Assembly (NCBI RefSeq): GCF_001457615.1
Contig: NZ_LN831024.1
Span: 810,001 to 842,000 of the forward strand
DNA: 32,000 bases
Direction of reading: 5' to 3'
From: Pseudomonas aeruginosa
GTDB taxonomy: Bacteria > Pseudomonadota > Gammaproteobacteria > Pseudomonadales > Pseudomonadaceae
Part shown: positions 1 to 8,935 of the stretch, piece after piece
How positions within the stretch are numbered: position 1 is the stretch's first letter
Layout of the letters: each line of letters opens with the position of its first letter
Notes under the pieces: generated by a model
The model's database searches: none
What the model was told of the DNA's origin: nothing
What the model saw: only the letters and a program-made list of their open reading frames with translations
Program-made: the position numbers and the translations under genes

Positions 1-104
1 AGTGCGCTACGGCAACGTCCGCTCGACGAAATGAGGGCGTTCCGCCGGACGCGGCCGGCATGCTAGAACGGACCTTTCGCCCTGGCCTGCGGAGGTCCTG
101 CGCC

Positions 105-527
105 ATGTCCCAGCCTTTTCTCTGGCGTCGCGTCAACGACTCGTCCGGTTTCGCCGAGCCGCGGGTGTTCATCCGTGTCTACCTGGAACCGGGCAGCATC
201 GATGCGGCCATCGCTTTCTACGAAGACCTGCAGGGCGTCGCCCACGACATGCGCTTCGACTTTCCCGAGAAACGCCTGACACTCGCCGCGGTCGGCGCCT
301 TCCTCCTGCTGGAGGGCAGCGACGAGGCGCTGGCGCCGTTCCGCAGCACCACCGGCACCCTGCTGGTGGACGACATCGAGCCCTATCACCGGCGGTTGCT
401 GGCCGCCGGTGCGCAGATCATCTTCGGGCCGGCGCGCGCGCCCACCGGCGCCTGCTTCAATGCGCTGCTGCCGGACGGCACGGTGGTCGAGTTCGTCCAC
501 CACCGGCCGCAGCCGGGCGAGGCCTGA
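105..527 (+). CDS. VOC (glyoxalase/bleomycin resistance-like) family protein
   Basis: ORF reads MSQPFLWRRVNDSSGF...VFIRVYLEPGSIDAAIAFYEDLQG...PDGTVVEFVHHRP, a typical VOC beta-alpha-beta pattern. The internal ATG at 105 follows a GGAGG-like RBS better than the ORF start at 60. Confidence 0.8.
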   Translation: MSQPFLWRRVNDSSGFAEPRVFIRVYLEPGSIDAAIAFYEDLQGVAHDMRFDFPEKRLTLAAVGAFLLLEGSDEALAPFRSTTGTLLVDDIEPYHRRLLAAGAQIIFGPARAPTGACFNALLPDGTVVEFVHHRPQPGEA

Positions 528-530
528 ACC

Positions 531-1169
531 TCAGCCCTCGCGCCGGGCGGCGCAATCGTCCATGGCCGCGCCGATCGCCTGTTCGCCGCGGGCCAGCAGC
601 GCTGCGCTGGCGCCGCGGATATCGCGGGCTTCCTTGTTCTGGCTGAGCTTGAACTTGCCGACCAGGCGGGTGATCTCGATTTCGATGCCGACGATCAGCC
701 GGAGCATCTCGTCGATGTAGTCGGCGGGGCCGTCGGTCATTTTCCAGGGCGTTTCCTGGGTCGCCTCGTGGGTGCGGGTCAGGCGCGCCACCAGGCCGCG
801 CACATAGCGTTCGTCGTCGCGGATCCGCACCCGGCCGTGGGCGTGGACCACCCGGTAGTTCCAGGTCGGCACCTGGCGGTGGTGCTCCTGCTTGCTCGGG
901 TACCACTGCGGCGAGATGTAGGCATCGCCGGCGCGGAACACCACCAGCACCTCGTCGCCGTCGCGCAGCTCGCTCCAAACCGGGTTGTTGCGCGCGACAT
1001 GGGCTTCCAGGGTGCCTTGCGCGCCCTTTTCCGGGCTCAGCTCGAACGGCAGGTGGTTGGCGTCCAGGCCCGCTTCGCCGTGGCTGACCAGCAGGCCCAG
1101 CGGATAGTCCCGGATCAGCGCGTGCAGCGCCTGCGGGTCGGACTCTTCGAAATGCGAAGGCAGGTACAT
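531..1169 (-). CDS. PaiB-like FMN-binding negative transcriptional regulator family protein
   Basis: MYLPSHFEESDPQALHALIRDYPLGLLVSHGEAGLDANHLPFEL...ISPQWYPSKQEHHRQVPTWNYRVVHAHGR is characteristic of PaiB/FMN-binding proteins. Confidence 0.9.
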   Translation of the reverse strand: MYLPSHFEESDPQALHALIRDYPLGLLVSHGEAGLDANHLPFELSPEKGAQGTLEAHVARNNPVWSELRDGDEVLVVFRAGDAYISPQWYPSKQEHHRQVPTWNYRVVHAHGRVRIRDDERYVRGLVARLTRTHEATQETPWKMTDGPADYIDEMLRLIVGIEIEITRLVGKFKLSQNKEARDIRGASAALLARGEQAIGAAMDDCAARREG

Positions 1170-1196
1170 GTTCTGTTCTCCTCGGGGACTCGGCCC

Positions 1197-1916
1197 TTAT
1201 ACGCTGTCGGTGGGTTCCGTCGCCACGCACAGCAGGCGCGAGTCGGCGCGCATGCCGGGCATCATCAGGCGCAATTCGTCGAGCAGCAGGCCGCCCGCTT
1301 CGTGCAGGGCCGCCAGCGGCATTTCCGGCAGGCTCTCGAGGATGAACCACATGCGCTGGGCGCTGGCGTCCAGGCGGGTGCGCACGCCCTGGCGCCAGTT
1401 CCAGCGGCGGCAGGTGACGCCGAGGTCGTCGCGCCAGACCACCTCGCCGGGGTCGGGGGATTCGTCGACCGCCTCGCCGTTCTTCAGGGTGTCGAAGGTC
1501 TCGCTGCCGTCGGCGACCACCAGGCGCGGCGTGCCGGCATAGGCGGCGAGGTTCTCGCCGCCTACCGGAATGGCGAATTGCACGCTGATGGCGTTGTACA
1601 GGTCCACCACCGGGTCGATGCTCGGCAGCCCACCGTCGCGCAGCGCACGCTTGCGCAGGGCTTCGGCGGAGCAGGGGGTGCGCTGCGGCTTGGCGCCGAA
1701 GCGGCGGAACGCCTCGGCCCAGGCTGCCAGGTGCGCCTCGGCCCAGTCCGGTTCGCCACGCGCCAGCGCCTGGCAGGCGCGCTCTACGGCGCGGTCGGCG
1801 ATTTCCGGACGAACGATCGGCGCCGCCTCGACGGTGAGGCTCAGGGCGCGGAAACCGGGGGCGAGGGCGGCCACCTCGGCGGCGATGACGGGGAGGATCG
1901 GGGCGTGCTCGGGCAT
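1197..1916 (-). CDS. B3/B4 tRNA-binding-domain-containing protein (PheT B3/4-like)
   Basis: Protein with ...DPVVDLYNAISVQFAIPVGGENLAAYAG...LRLVVADGSETF, typical of stand-alone B3/4 domain proteins. Confidence 0.8.
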   Translation of the reverse strand: MPEHAPILPVIAAEVAALAPGFRALSLTVEAAPIVRPEIADRAVERACQALARGEPDWAEAHLAAWAEAFRRFGAKPQRTPCSAEALRKRALRDGGLPSIDPVVDLYNAISVQFAIPVGGENLAAYAGTPRLVVADGSETFDTLKNGEAVDESPDPGEVVWRDDLGVTCRRWNWRQGVRTRLDASAQRMWFILESLPEMPLAALHEAGGLLLDELRLMMPGMRADSRLLCVATEPTDSV

Positions 1917-2217
1917 GGTCGTCTTCAGGGTTCGGTGAGATGGAGGGGGCGGGGCATTCGGCTTGGCCGGCGCGTAAAGCGGTAGGTGGATTTTCTACCA
2001 TCCGGGCTCCGCCCTCACCATGAAATCAGCGAATGAATTATTAGCTGTGCTGATGATCGGGTGGTCGGGTTCAGCTGCGCTAATGGCGGGAGCGCCGTTC
2101 GCTTGCCGGCGAAGCCGGCGCCAGAGCCTTCCGCCGGCCGGGCGGGGCTGGACAGCGAGGCGCGAGGGGCGCAGTGTTCGAGCGGTCAGAACCGCCACCA
2201 CCCGAGGTAGAACGCAG

Positions 2218-3861
2218 ATGGCCAAGGCAGCCGATGTGGTTGTGCAATGCCTGGAAAACGAGGGCGTGCAGTACGTCTTCGGAATTCCCGGCGAGGAGAA
2301 TCTCGACCTGCTGGAGTCCCTGCGCAAGTCGCAGATCCGGCTGGTGCTCACCCGCCACGAACAATCGGCCGGCTTCATGGCCGCCACCTACGGGCGCCTC
2401 ACCGGCAAGACCGGGGTCAGCCTGTCGACCCTCGGCCCGGGCGCCACCAACCTGGTCACCGCCGGCGCCTACGCCTACCTGGGCGGCATGCCGATGCTGA
2501 TGATCACCGGGCAGAAGCCGATCAAGAAGTCCAAGCAGGGCCGCTTCCAGATCCTCGACGTGGTCGGCATGATGCAGCCGCTGACCAAGTACACCCACCA
2601 ACTGGCCTCCGCCGACAACATTCCCTCGCGGGTCCGCGAGGCGTTCCGCCTGGCCGAGGAAGAGAAGCCCGGCGCGGTGCACCTGGAGCTGCCGGAGGAC
2701 ATCGCCGCCGAGCAGACCGACAGCCTGCCCATCCCGCCGAGCCTGAGCCGCCGGCCGCTGGCGGAATACAAGGCGATCTGCGCCGCGGTGGAGAAGCTGC
2801 GCGCCGCGCGCAGCCCGATCCTGGTGATCGGCGCCGGGGCCAACCGCAAGATGACCGCCAAGGTCCTCAAGCAACTGATCGACAAGACCGGCATTCCCTT
2901 CGTCACCACCCAGATGGGCAAGGGCGTGGTCGACGAGCGTCACCCGCGCTTCCTCGGCAACGCCGCGCTGTCCGCCGGCGACTTCGTGCATCGCGCGGTG
3001 GAGGCGGCCGACCTGATCGTCAACGTCGGCCACGACGTGATCGAGAAGCCGCCGTTCTTCATGGTTCGCGGCGGTACCGAGGTGATCCACGTGAACTTCC
3101 GTTCCGCCGAGGTGGACCCGGTGTATTTCCCGCAGATCGAAGTGGTGGGCGACATCGCCAACGCCATCTGGCAGATCGGCGAGGCGCTGGACGATACCGC
3201 GCACTGGGACTTCACCCGCCTGCTGGCGATCCGCGAGGCCAACGAGGCGCAGGTCGCCGAAGGCGCCGACGACCCGCGCTTCCCGCTCTATCCGCAGCGC
3301 CTGGTGGCCGACGTGCGCCGGGCGTTGCCGTCGCAGGGCATCGTCGCCCTGGACAACGGCATGTACAAGATCTGGTTCGCCCGCAACTACAAGGCACACA
3401 TGCCCAACACCGTGCTGCTGGACAACGCCCTCGCCACCATGGGCGCCGGCCTGCCCTCGGCGATGGCCGCGCACCTGGTCTACCCGGACCGGCCGATCGT
3501 CGCGGTGTGCGGCGATGGCGGCTTCATGATGAACAGCCAGGAACTGGAAACCGCGGTGCGGCTGAAGATGAACCTGACGGTGATCATCCTGCGCGACAAC
3601 GGCTACGGGATGATCCGCTGGAAGCAATCGAACATGGGCTTCGCCGACTTCGGGCTGGACTACGGCAACCCGGACTTCGTGCACTACGCCGAGGCCTACG
3701 GCGCCCACGGCCACCGGGTCGACAGTGCCGAGGGCTTCCTGCCGCTGCTGGAGCGCTGCCTGGGCACGCCCGGGGTGCATGTGATCGATTGCCCGGTGGA
3801 TTACTCGGAGAACGACCGCATCCTCAACGTCGAGCTGCGCGAACGCGCCCTGGCGGTCTGA
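2218..3861 (+). CDS. Acetolactate synthase-like thiamine pyrophosphate enzyme (large subunit / AlsS type)
   Basis: MAKAADVVVQCLENEGVQYVFGIPGEENLDLLESL...VLTRHEQSAGFMAATYGRLTGKTGVSLSTLGPGATNLV...and TPP motif GDGGFMMNSQELETAVRLKMNLTVIILRDNGYGMI. Confidence 0.93.
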   Translation: MAKAADVVVQCLENEGVQYVFGIPGEENLDLLESLRKSQIRLVLTRHEQSAGFMAATYGRLTGKTGVSLSTLGPGATNLVTAGAYAYLGGMPMLMITGQKPIKKSKQGRFQILDVVGMMQPLTKYTHQLASADNIPSRVREAFRLAEEEKPGAVHLELPEDIAAEQTDSLPIPPSLSRRPLAEYKAICAAVEKLRAARSPILVIGAGANRKMTAKVLKQLIDKTGIPFVTTQMGKGVVDERHPRFLGNAALSAGDFVHRAVEAADLIVNVGHDVIEKPPFFMVRGGTEVIHVNFRSAEVDPVYFPQIEVVGDIANAIWQIGEALDDTAHWDFTRLLAIREANEAQVAEGADDPRFPLYPQRLVADVRRALPSQGIVALDNGMYKIWFARNYKAHMPNTVLLDNALATMGAGLPSAMAAHLVYPDRPIVAVCGDGGFMMNSQELETAVRLKMNLTVIILRDNGYGMIRWKQSNMGFADFGLDYGNPDFVHYAEAYGAHGHRVDSAEGFLPLLERCLGTPGVHVIDCPVDYSENDRILNVELRERALAV

Positions 3862-3871
3862 ACCGCCGGAG

Positions 3872-3901
3872 CGTCGCGCCGGCGTGCGTTCCGGCGCGAC
3901 G
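3872..3901. terminator. Putative bidirectional terminator between convergent genes
   Basis: Perfect 11-bp stem CGTCGCGCCGG (3872-3882) / CCGGCGCGACG (3891-3901) with an 8-nt loop, placed in the 42-bp gap between two convergent stop codons. Confidence 0.7.
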
Positions 3902-3903
3902 GC

Positions 3904-5199
3904 TCAGAACAGCGACAGGTTGTAGCTGGCGATCAGGCGCACCTCGTCCACGTCGCGCGCCGAGCGCTCGAAGTCGGTGCGGTAGGTGGCGTTGCGCAGG
4001 CGCAGGCTGAGGTCCTTGAAGCGGCCGCTCTGCACGATGTACTTCAGCTCGATGTCGCGCTCCCATTCCTTGCCCTCGTCGCCGTTGGCCAGGCGGATAT
4101 GGTCGCCGTTGACGTAGCGGGTCATGAAGCTCAGGCCGGGCACGCCGACGCTGCGCAGGTCGAAGTCGTAGCGCAGTTGCCAGGAGCGTTCCTCGGGGTT
4201 GGCGAAGTCGTTCACCTGCAGGTAGTTGGCCAGGTACGGATTGCTGCCGTCGAGGTAGGGCATCGAGCTGGCGCCGTTCATCCGCTGCCAGCCGGCGCTG
4301 AGCGTGTGGCCGCCCTGGGCGTAGGCGAGCAGCAGGCTGAGGGCGCGGTTGTCGATCTTGCCGGCGCGGGCCGCGCCGGCGTCCTCGCTGTCGAACCAGC
4401 GCAGGTCGGCGCTCAGCTTGCCGGCGCCGACCTGCCGCTTGCCCACGGCACCGAGGTAGCGCTGGCGATAGACGTTGCGCAGGCCGCCCTGGGCGTATTG
4501 CAGCAGCAGGCCGTCGTTGACCTGGTAGTCGAGTTGGTAGGCGTCGAAGCGGTTGCCGGTGGTGTCGCAGGCGTAGCGTTTGTTCTTGCAGTGCAGGCGG
4601 ATGTCCTGGGCGTCGCTGGAGTCCCGCGCGGTGTAGCGCTCCAGGCGGGTGGCGGAGAACCTGAGCCCGGCGATCTCCTCGCTGGTCAGCTGGGCGCCGT
4701 GGAACAGGGTCGGCAGCAGGCGTCCGTCGTTGTATTTCAGCAACGGCATGTCCGGCAGCATCGCCCCGTACCTGAACTGTGTCTGCGAGAAGCGCATCTT
4801 GCCGGCAACGCCGGCCTTGGCGTACTGGTCGACCGAGCGACGCGGATCGTGGCCGCTGGAAGGCAGCAGGCCGCTGTTGCTGTCCGCGGGGCTGGAGTCG
4901 AGCTTGATCCCGAGCATCGCCAGGGTATCCACGCCGAAGCCCAGCGCGCCCTCGGTATAGCCCGAGCGCAGGTCGAGGATGAAGCCCTGCGCGGCTTCCT
5001 CGCGCTTGGAGGCGCCCTGCGGGTTGGCCGAGCTGCCGTCGCGGAAGTCGCGGTTGAAGTAGACGGTGCGCGCTTCCAGGCGCGCGCTGCCGTCCTCGAG
5101 GAAGGCGGCAGGGGCCGGGGCGACGAATCCGCCGCACAGGGCGAGGGCGCCCAGGCCGCGAAGGGTGCGGGGCGAACGGGGGGAAAACGGGGAGGACAT
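3904..5199 (-). CDS. OprD-family outer membrane porin
   Basis: Signal peptide, then AFLEDGSARLEARTVYFNRDFRDG...EEAAQGFILDLRSGYTEGALGFGVDTLAMLGIKLDS...YKVND...LGYNLSLF-type C-terminus (VRLIASYNLSLF), typical of OprD homologues. Confidence 0.93.
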   Translation of the reverse strand: MSSPFSPRSPRTLRGLGALALCGGFVAPAPAAFLEDGSARLEARTVYFNRDFRDGSSANPQGASKREEAAQGFILDLRSGYTEGALGFGVDTLAMLGIKLDSSPADSNSGLLPSSGHDPRRSVDQYAKAGVAGKMRFSQTQFRYGAMLPDMPLLKYNDGRLLPTLFHGAQLTSEEIAGLRFSATRLERYTARDSSDAQDIRLHCKNKRYACDTTGNRFDAYQLDYQVNDGLLLQYAQGGLRNVYRQRYLGAVGKRQVGAGKLSADLRWFDSEDAGAARAGKIDNRALSLLLAYAQGGHTLSAGWQRMNGASSMPYLDGSNPYLANYLQVNDFANPEERSWQLRYDFDLRSVGVPGLSFMTRYVNGDHIRLANGDEGKEWERDIELKYIVQSGRFKDLSLRLRNATYRTDFERSARDVDEVRLIASYNLSLF

Positions 5200-5435
5200 G
5201 CGGTGACTCTCGACAGCGGGGGTAAAAAAGCGCGCGAAGGTGTCACAGATGGCCGGCGGGGTCTTTGCGACCTTGGTCTAGCCGAGAAGGCGCGCACGGA
5301 TCGTCGGCCAGGCAGGCCTCTAGCGGGTCGGACGCAGCGTGCCGAAAGCGACGAAGAATCCTCCGCAGCCCCCTGTGAAACGCTGCCCCGCCCGTGCCAG
5401 CCTGATCGTCACGTTTGCGCCAGGATATCCGGAGG

Positions 5436-6179
5436 CTAGCGCTTCACGCAGACGAACAGGGCATTCCCGGAGCTGCCGGCCCAGGGCGTGATCCGTTCGT
5501 AGTCGTGTTCGAAGACCTGCACCTCGAAATGCGTCTGCAACAGGTGCTGCAGCTCGGCGAAGCCGAGGGCGACCATGGGGTGTTCGTCCTCCCAGGTCTG
5601 GGTCGTTCCGTCCGTGGTTTTCTCGATACCGAGGCGCAGCGCCTGGCGCTCGCCCTCGCCGCTGTAGTACCAGCCGGAACCGAAGGTGAAGCGGCTGCCT
5701 CGATGCTCCACGGAATGGCGGACGAACGCGCGATTGTCGATCTGCCCCTTGTCCACCGTGTTGAAACAGAACACGCCGCCATCCGCCAGTGCGCCATGCA
5801 CGCTGGCCAGGCATGCGCGCAAGCGCTCCAGCCCTGCGTTGTAGTGGATCGAATAGAGGAAACAGGTGATCAGGTCCAGCGGCTCGTCCACCTGGAAGCC
5901 GGCCATGTCCTGCCGGCTGAAGTGCGCTTCGGGACAGCGCTGTCGGGCGAGGTCGAGCATCGGCTGGTTGATGTCCAGGCCGGCGCTGCGATAGCCGAAA
6001 TCGAGGAAGTGCCGCACGTGAGGGCCGGTACCGCAGGCCAGGTCCAGGTGCCGCCGGCCCTGGTTGCCGAACAACTGGTGCAGGCGACGCACGCAGTGGC
6101 TCTGCGCCTGGTAGTCGATGTCGGCGCACATCAGGTCGTAATAGTGGGACAGGTCGGTGTACAGCGCGGTGGCGGACAT
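5436..6179 (-). CDS. Class I SAM-dependent methyltransferase
   Basis: MSATALYTDLSHYYDLMCADIDYQAQ...RRHLDLACGTGPHVRHFLDFGYRSAGLDINQPMLDLARQRCP contains the SAM-binding motif. Start set at the internal ATG at 6179. Confidence 0.9.
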   Translation of the reverse strand: MSATALYTDLSHYYDLMCADIDYQAQSHCVRRLHQLFGNQGRRHLDLACGTGPHVRHFLDFGYRSAGLDINQPMLDLARQRCPEAHFSRQDMAGFQVDEPLDLITCFLYSIHYNAGLERLRACLASVHGALADGGVFCFNTVDKGQIDNRAFVRHSVEHRGSRFTFGSGWYYSGEGERQALRLGIEKTTDGTTQTWEDEHPMVALGFAELQHLLQTHFEVQVFEHDYERITPWAGSSGNALFVCVKR

Positions 6180-6278
6180 GGGCGGCAAGGACCGGCGGCG
6201 AAGGGCGCGGCATGGTACCCCAGGCCCGGGCCTTGCCGGCGAAAAAACAGGCACCGGCCGGCGGATCGCGGGCGGACT

Positions 6279-6680
6279 TCAGTCGAAACGCGGCCAGTCG
6301 TCGGCGATCCTGCACCAGCAGGCCATCGATGCGACCTGGACATGCTTCTGTTTCGCCGCCGGGAAGGGCGTGTCCAGGCTGCCGAGGGCGACCGATACCC
6401 AGTCGGCGAACTCGCCTTCGCTCCTCGACCAGAACAGCGGCGAGCCGCAGCGCGAGCAGAAGCGCCGGAGCACGGCGGGTGAGGAGCGGAACGCGGCGAG
6501 CAGGTCGGCGCCGCGGTCGATGTGCAGGTCCGCGACGGGGACGCTGCCATAGCTGGCGAATGCCGCGCCATGGGCCTTGCGACACTGGCCGCAGTGGCAG
6601 TGAGAGAGTGCGCGCGGGGGCGAGGACAGTCGGTAGTGCAGCGCGCCGCACAGGCAACTGCCGTGGAAGGTCTGGCTCAT
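6279..6680 (-). CDS. GFA-family (glutathione-dependent formaldehyde-activating enzyme-like) zinc-binding protein
   Basis: MSQTFHGSCLCGALHYRLS...SHCHCGQCRKAHGAAFASYGSV...FCSRCGSPLFW with the Cys motifs of the family. Confidence 0.92.
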   Translation of the reverse strand: MSQTFHGSCLCGALHYRLSSPPRALSHCHCGQCRKAHGAAFASYGSVPVADLHIDRGADLLAAFRSSPAVLRRFCSRCGSPLFWSRSEGEFADWVSVALGSLDTPFPAAKQKHVQVASMACWCRIADDWPRFD

Positions 6681-6822
6681 CGGAGGGCGTTCCCGGATTC
6701 GCAAAGGCGGCGAGTCAAGCAGCCCTCGCCACGCTTGTCGAGCGCCTCCTCCGGTCGCGGGCTGTCGGTGCGGGCGTCGATGTCTGCTAGGCTCTGCCGT
6801 TTCACCCTAGGAGTATTTCCCC

Positions 6823-7104
6823 ATGGCCCGAGCCACTGCCCGCCACATCCTGGTTTCCAGCGAAGCCAAGTGCAACGAACTGAAGACCGCCATCGAAGGC
6901 GGTGCCGACTTCGCCGAAGTCGCCCGCGAGCATTCCTCCTGCCCCTCCGGCCGCGACGGCGGCAACCTGGGCTCGTTCGGCCCCGGCCAGATGGTCCGCG
7001 AGTTCGACCAGGTGGTCTTCAGTGCGCCGCTGAACGTGGTCCAGGGGCCGGTGAAGACCCAGTTCGGCTACCACCTGCTGGAAGTCACCAGCCGCCAGGA
7101 CTGA
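6823..7104 (+). CDS. ppiC2: Peptidyl-prolyl cis-trans isomerase C2 (parvulin)
   Basis: 93-aa protein MARATARHILVSSEAKCNELKTAIEGGADFAEVAREHSSCPSGRDGGNLGSFGPGQMVREFDQVVF, a complete single parvulin domain. Confidence 0.93.
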   Translation: MARATARHILVSSEAKCNELKTAIEGGADFAEVAREHSSCPSGRDGGNLGSFGPGQMVREFDQVVFSAPLNVVQGPVKTQFGYHLLEVTSRQD

Positions 7105-7129
7105 ACGTACGGCGGCGCATAACGCCCCT

Positions 7130-7519
7130 CTTCCACGCGCCGATCCAGGCGTGGGGCGAATAACCGCTGCGCGGGATAGACGGCGGATAACGCCGTTGGC
7201 GTTATGCGCCCTACCTGTCCCGGACGACGAAAGAAGCCGCACTTCCAGGTGCCAATCCGGGCGTGGGGCGAATAACCATTGCGCGGGATAAACGGCGGAT
7301 AACGCCGTTGGCGTTATGCGCCCTACCTGTCCCGGACGACGAAAGAAGCCGCACTTCCAGGCGCCAATCCGGGCGTAGGGCGGATAACCGCTGCGCGGGA
7401 TAAACGGCGGATAACGCCGTTGGCGTTATGCGCCCTACCTGTCCCGGACGACGAAAGAAGCCGCACTTCCAGGCGCCAATCCGGGCGTAGGGCGAATAAC
7501 CGCTGCGCGGTTATCCGCC
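7130..7519. repeat. 112-bp-period tandem repeat array with internal hairpins
   Basis: The phrase gcgt(g/a)gggcg(a/g)ataacc recurs at 7149, 7261, 7373 and 7485 (spacing exactly 112 each). The full unit includes the dyad GGCGGATAACGCC-GTT-GGCGTTATGCGCC and the spacer ctgtcccggacgacgaaagaagccgcacttccagg. Confidence 0.97.
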
Positions 7520-7546
7520 GGTGCGCGATCGATAGCCTGGCTGGCC

Positions 7547-8935
7547 TCAGGGCGCGAAGTAGCGGGAGATCTGCGAATAGACGCCGCTGAAATCGGAGAA
7601 GTAGTCATTGCGCTGTGAGGTGGGCGCGCCGCAGTACGAGGGGCCGCCGTACAGGCCACCGCGCAGCTGGTAGGAGCCGTCGCCGGCGACGGTCAGCAGG
7701 CCCGAGCCGGACGAGCCGCCTTCGACCACCGCCGACGGCCAGTCGACGCGGGTCAGGGCGGTATGCCCGTCGTAGGTGACGCCCACTGCCGAGACGTTGC
7801 CCTGCGAGTACTTCTTGGCGTCGCCGCGCGGATGGTGGATGTCATGGCCGAGCGAGCCGTTGGCGATCGGCGTGGCGCTCCAGCCCTGGTAGAACACGCC
7901 GGCCGGCGGAGTGCGCTTGAGTTCCAGCAGCAGGGTGTCGCGCTTCGCGTCGCGGTGCAGGATATTCGCCCCGCCGGTCAGCACGGTGACGCTCTGGTTG
8001 ATGGTCGAGGCGTCGCCGTAGCACTGGGTGGTGTTGTAGAACCAGATGGTCTGCAGCGTCGCGGCGGTGGCCTGGTCCTCGATGCAGTGCGCGGCCGACC
8101 AGAACAACTGGCGCTTGGGCGAGTTGCCGTTGTTCAGCAGGGTGCCGGTGCAGATGTAGCTGCCGCCGTCCGCCGAGCTGGTGAAGACCATCTTCGCCAC
8201 CGCTGCGGTGGCGTTGTCGTAGGCCCGTGTGCCGCTCTGGGTCGCGCAGACCGCATCCACCTCGCAGCTGCCGCTGGCGCCGAAGCCGTCGCGGTAGCCG
8301 GCCTTGTACAGGGAGTCGGCGAAATACGATACCTGGGGTACCGACAGGCGCAGGTCGCCCGGTTGCAGGTTGGCCGGCAGCACCAGTTCGACGGTCAGGG
8401 TATCGCCCTCGATGACCGGGCTCCAGTAGGGACGGTTGAGCGAGAGGTCCTTGCCGCTGGCCTCGAAGATTTCCTTGCCGGCGCCGGCGAAGTGCAGCAG
8501 CACGTCGTCGGGCAGCGAGCCGCTGCGGGTTTCCAGGCGAATCGCGGCGCGCAGGCTGGCGGCCCCCGCGGCGCTGATCGGGAAGCGCGCGGTGTGGCGC
8601 CCGTCCGGGGTGTCGATCCATTCGAGGGTTGCCAGGTCGATTTCCGGAGTCGCCGTCTTCAGGCCCACGCCTACTTGCAGCGGCGTACCCGGTTTCGGCG
8701 CCAGCGGCGCGGCGCGGGCCACGCGGCGGGCGGGGGGCGCGGCGAAGTGAATGCCGGCCGCCGAGGTCGCCGCGTTGGGGTTGGCGAAGCGGGCGTGGCC
8801 GGTGCTCGCCGGAGAAGCCTGGAGCACGGCGACGTCGCCAGCCATTTCGCTCGCACCGGGCGCGGCCGAGGCCTGGCTCGCGCCCGCAGCCAGCGCGAGA
8901 ACCAGGCATGCATTCAGGTACGTTCTCTTATGCAT
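7547..8935 (-). CDS. piv: Protease IV / PrpL extracellular lysyl endopeptidase
   Basis: 462-aa preproprotein [24 protein letters not shown]..., chymotrypsin-fold motifs FWSAAHC and EGGSSGSGL, secreted Ser protease with propeptide. GGAG RBS upstream of the ATG. Confidence 0.96.

Noticed and set aside
2-34. Possible C-terminus of an upstream CDS (VRYGNVRSTK stop)
   Set aside because: Only about 10 codons in the window; plausible but not enough to call a feature.
2080-3780. 566-aa - strand ORF antisense to acetolactate synthase-like gene
   Set aside because: Antisense shadow of a well-supported CDS with no recognisable domain.
7130-7519. Possible CRISPR array
   Set aside because: The whole 112-bp unit including the inter-hairpin segment is repeated; there are no unique spacers and no cas genes. 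It is a tandem repeat.
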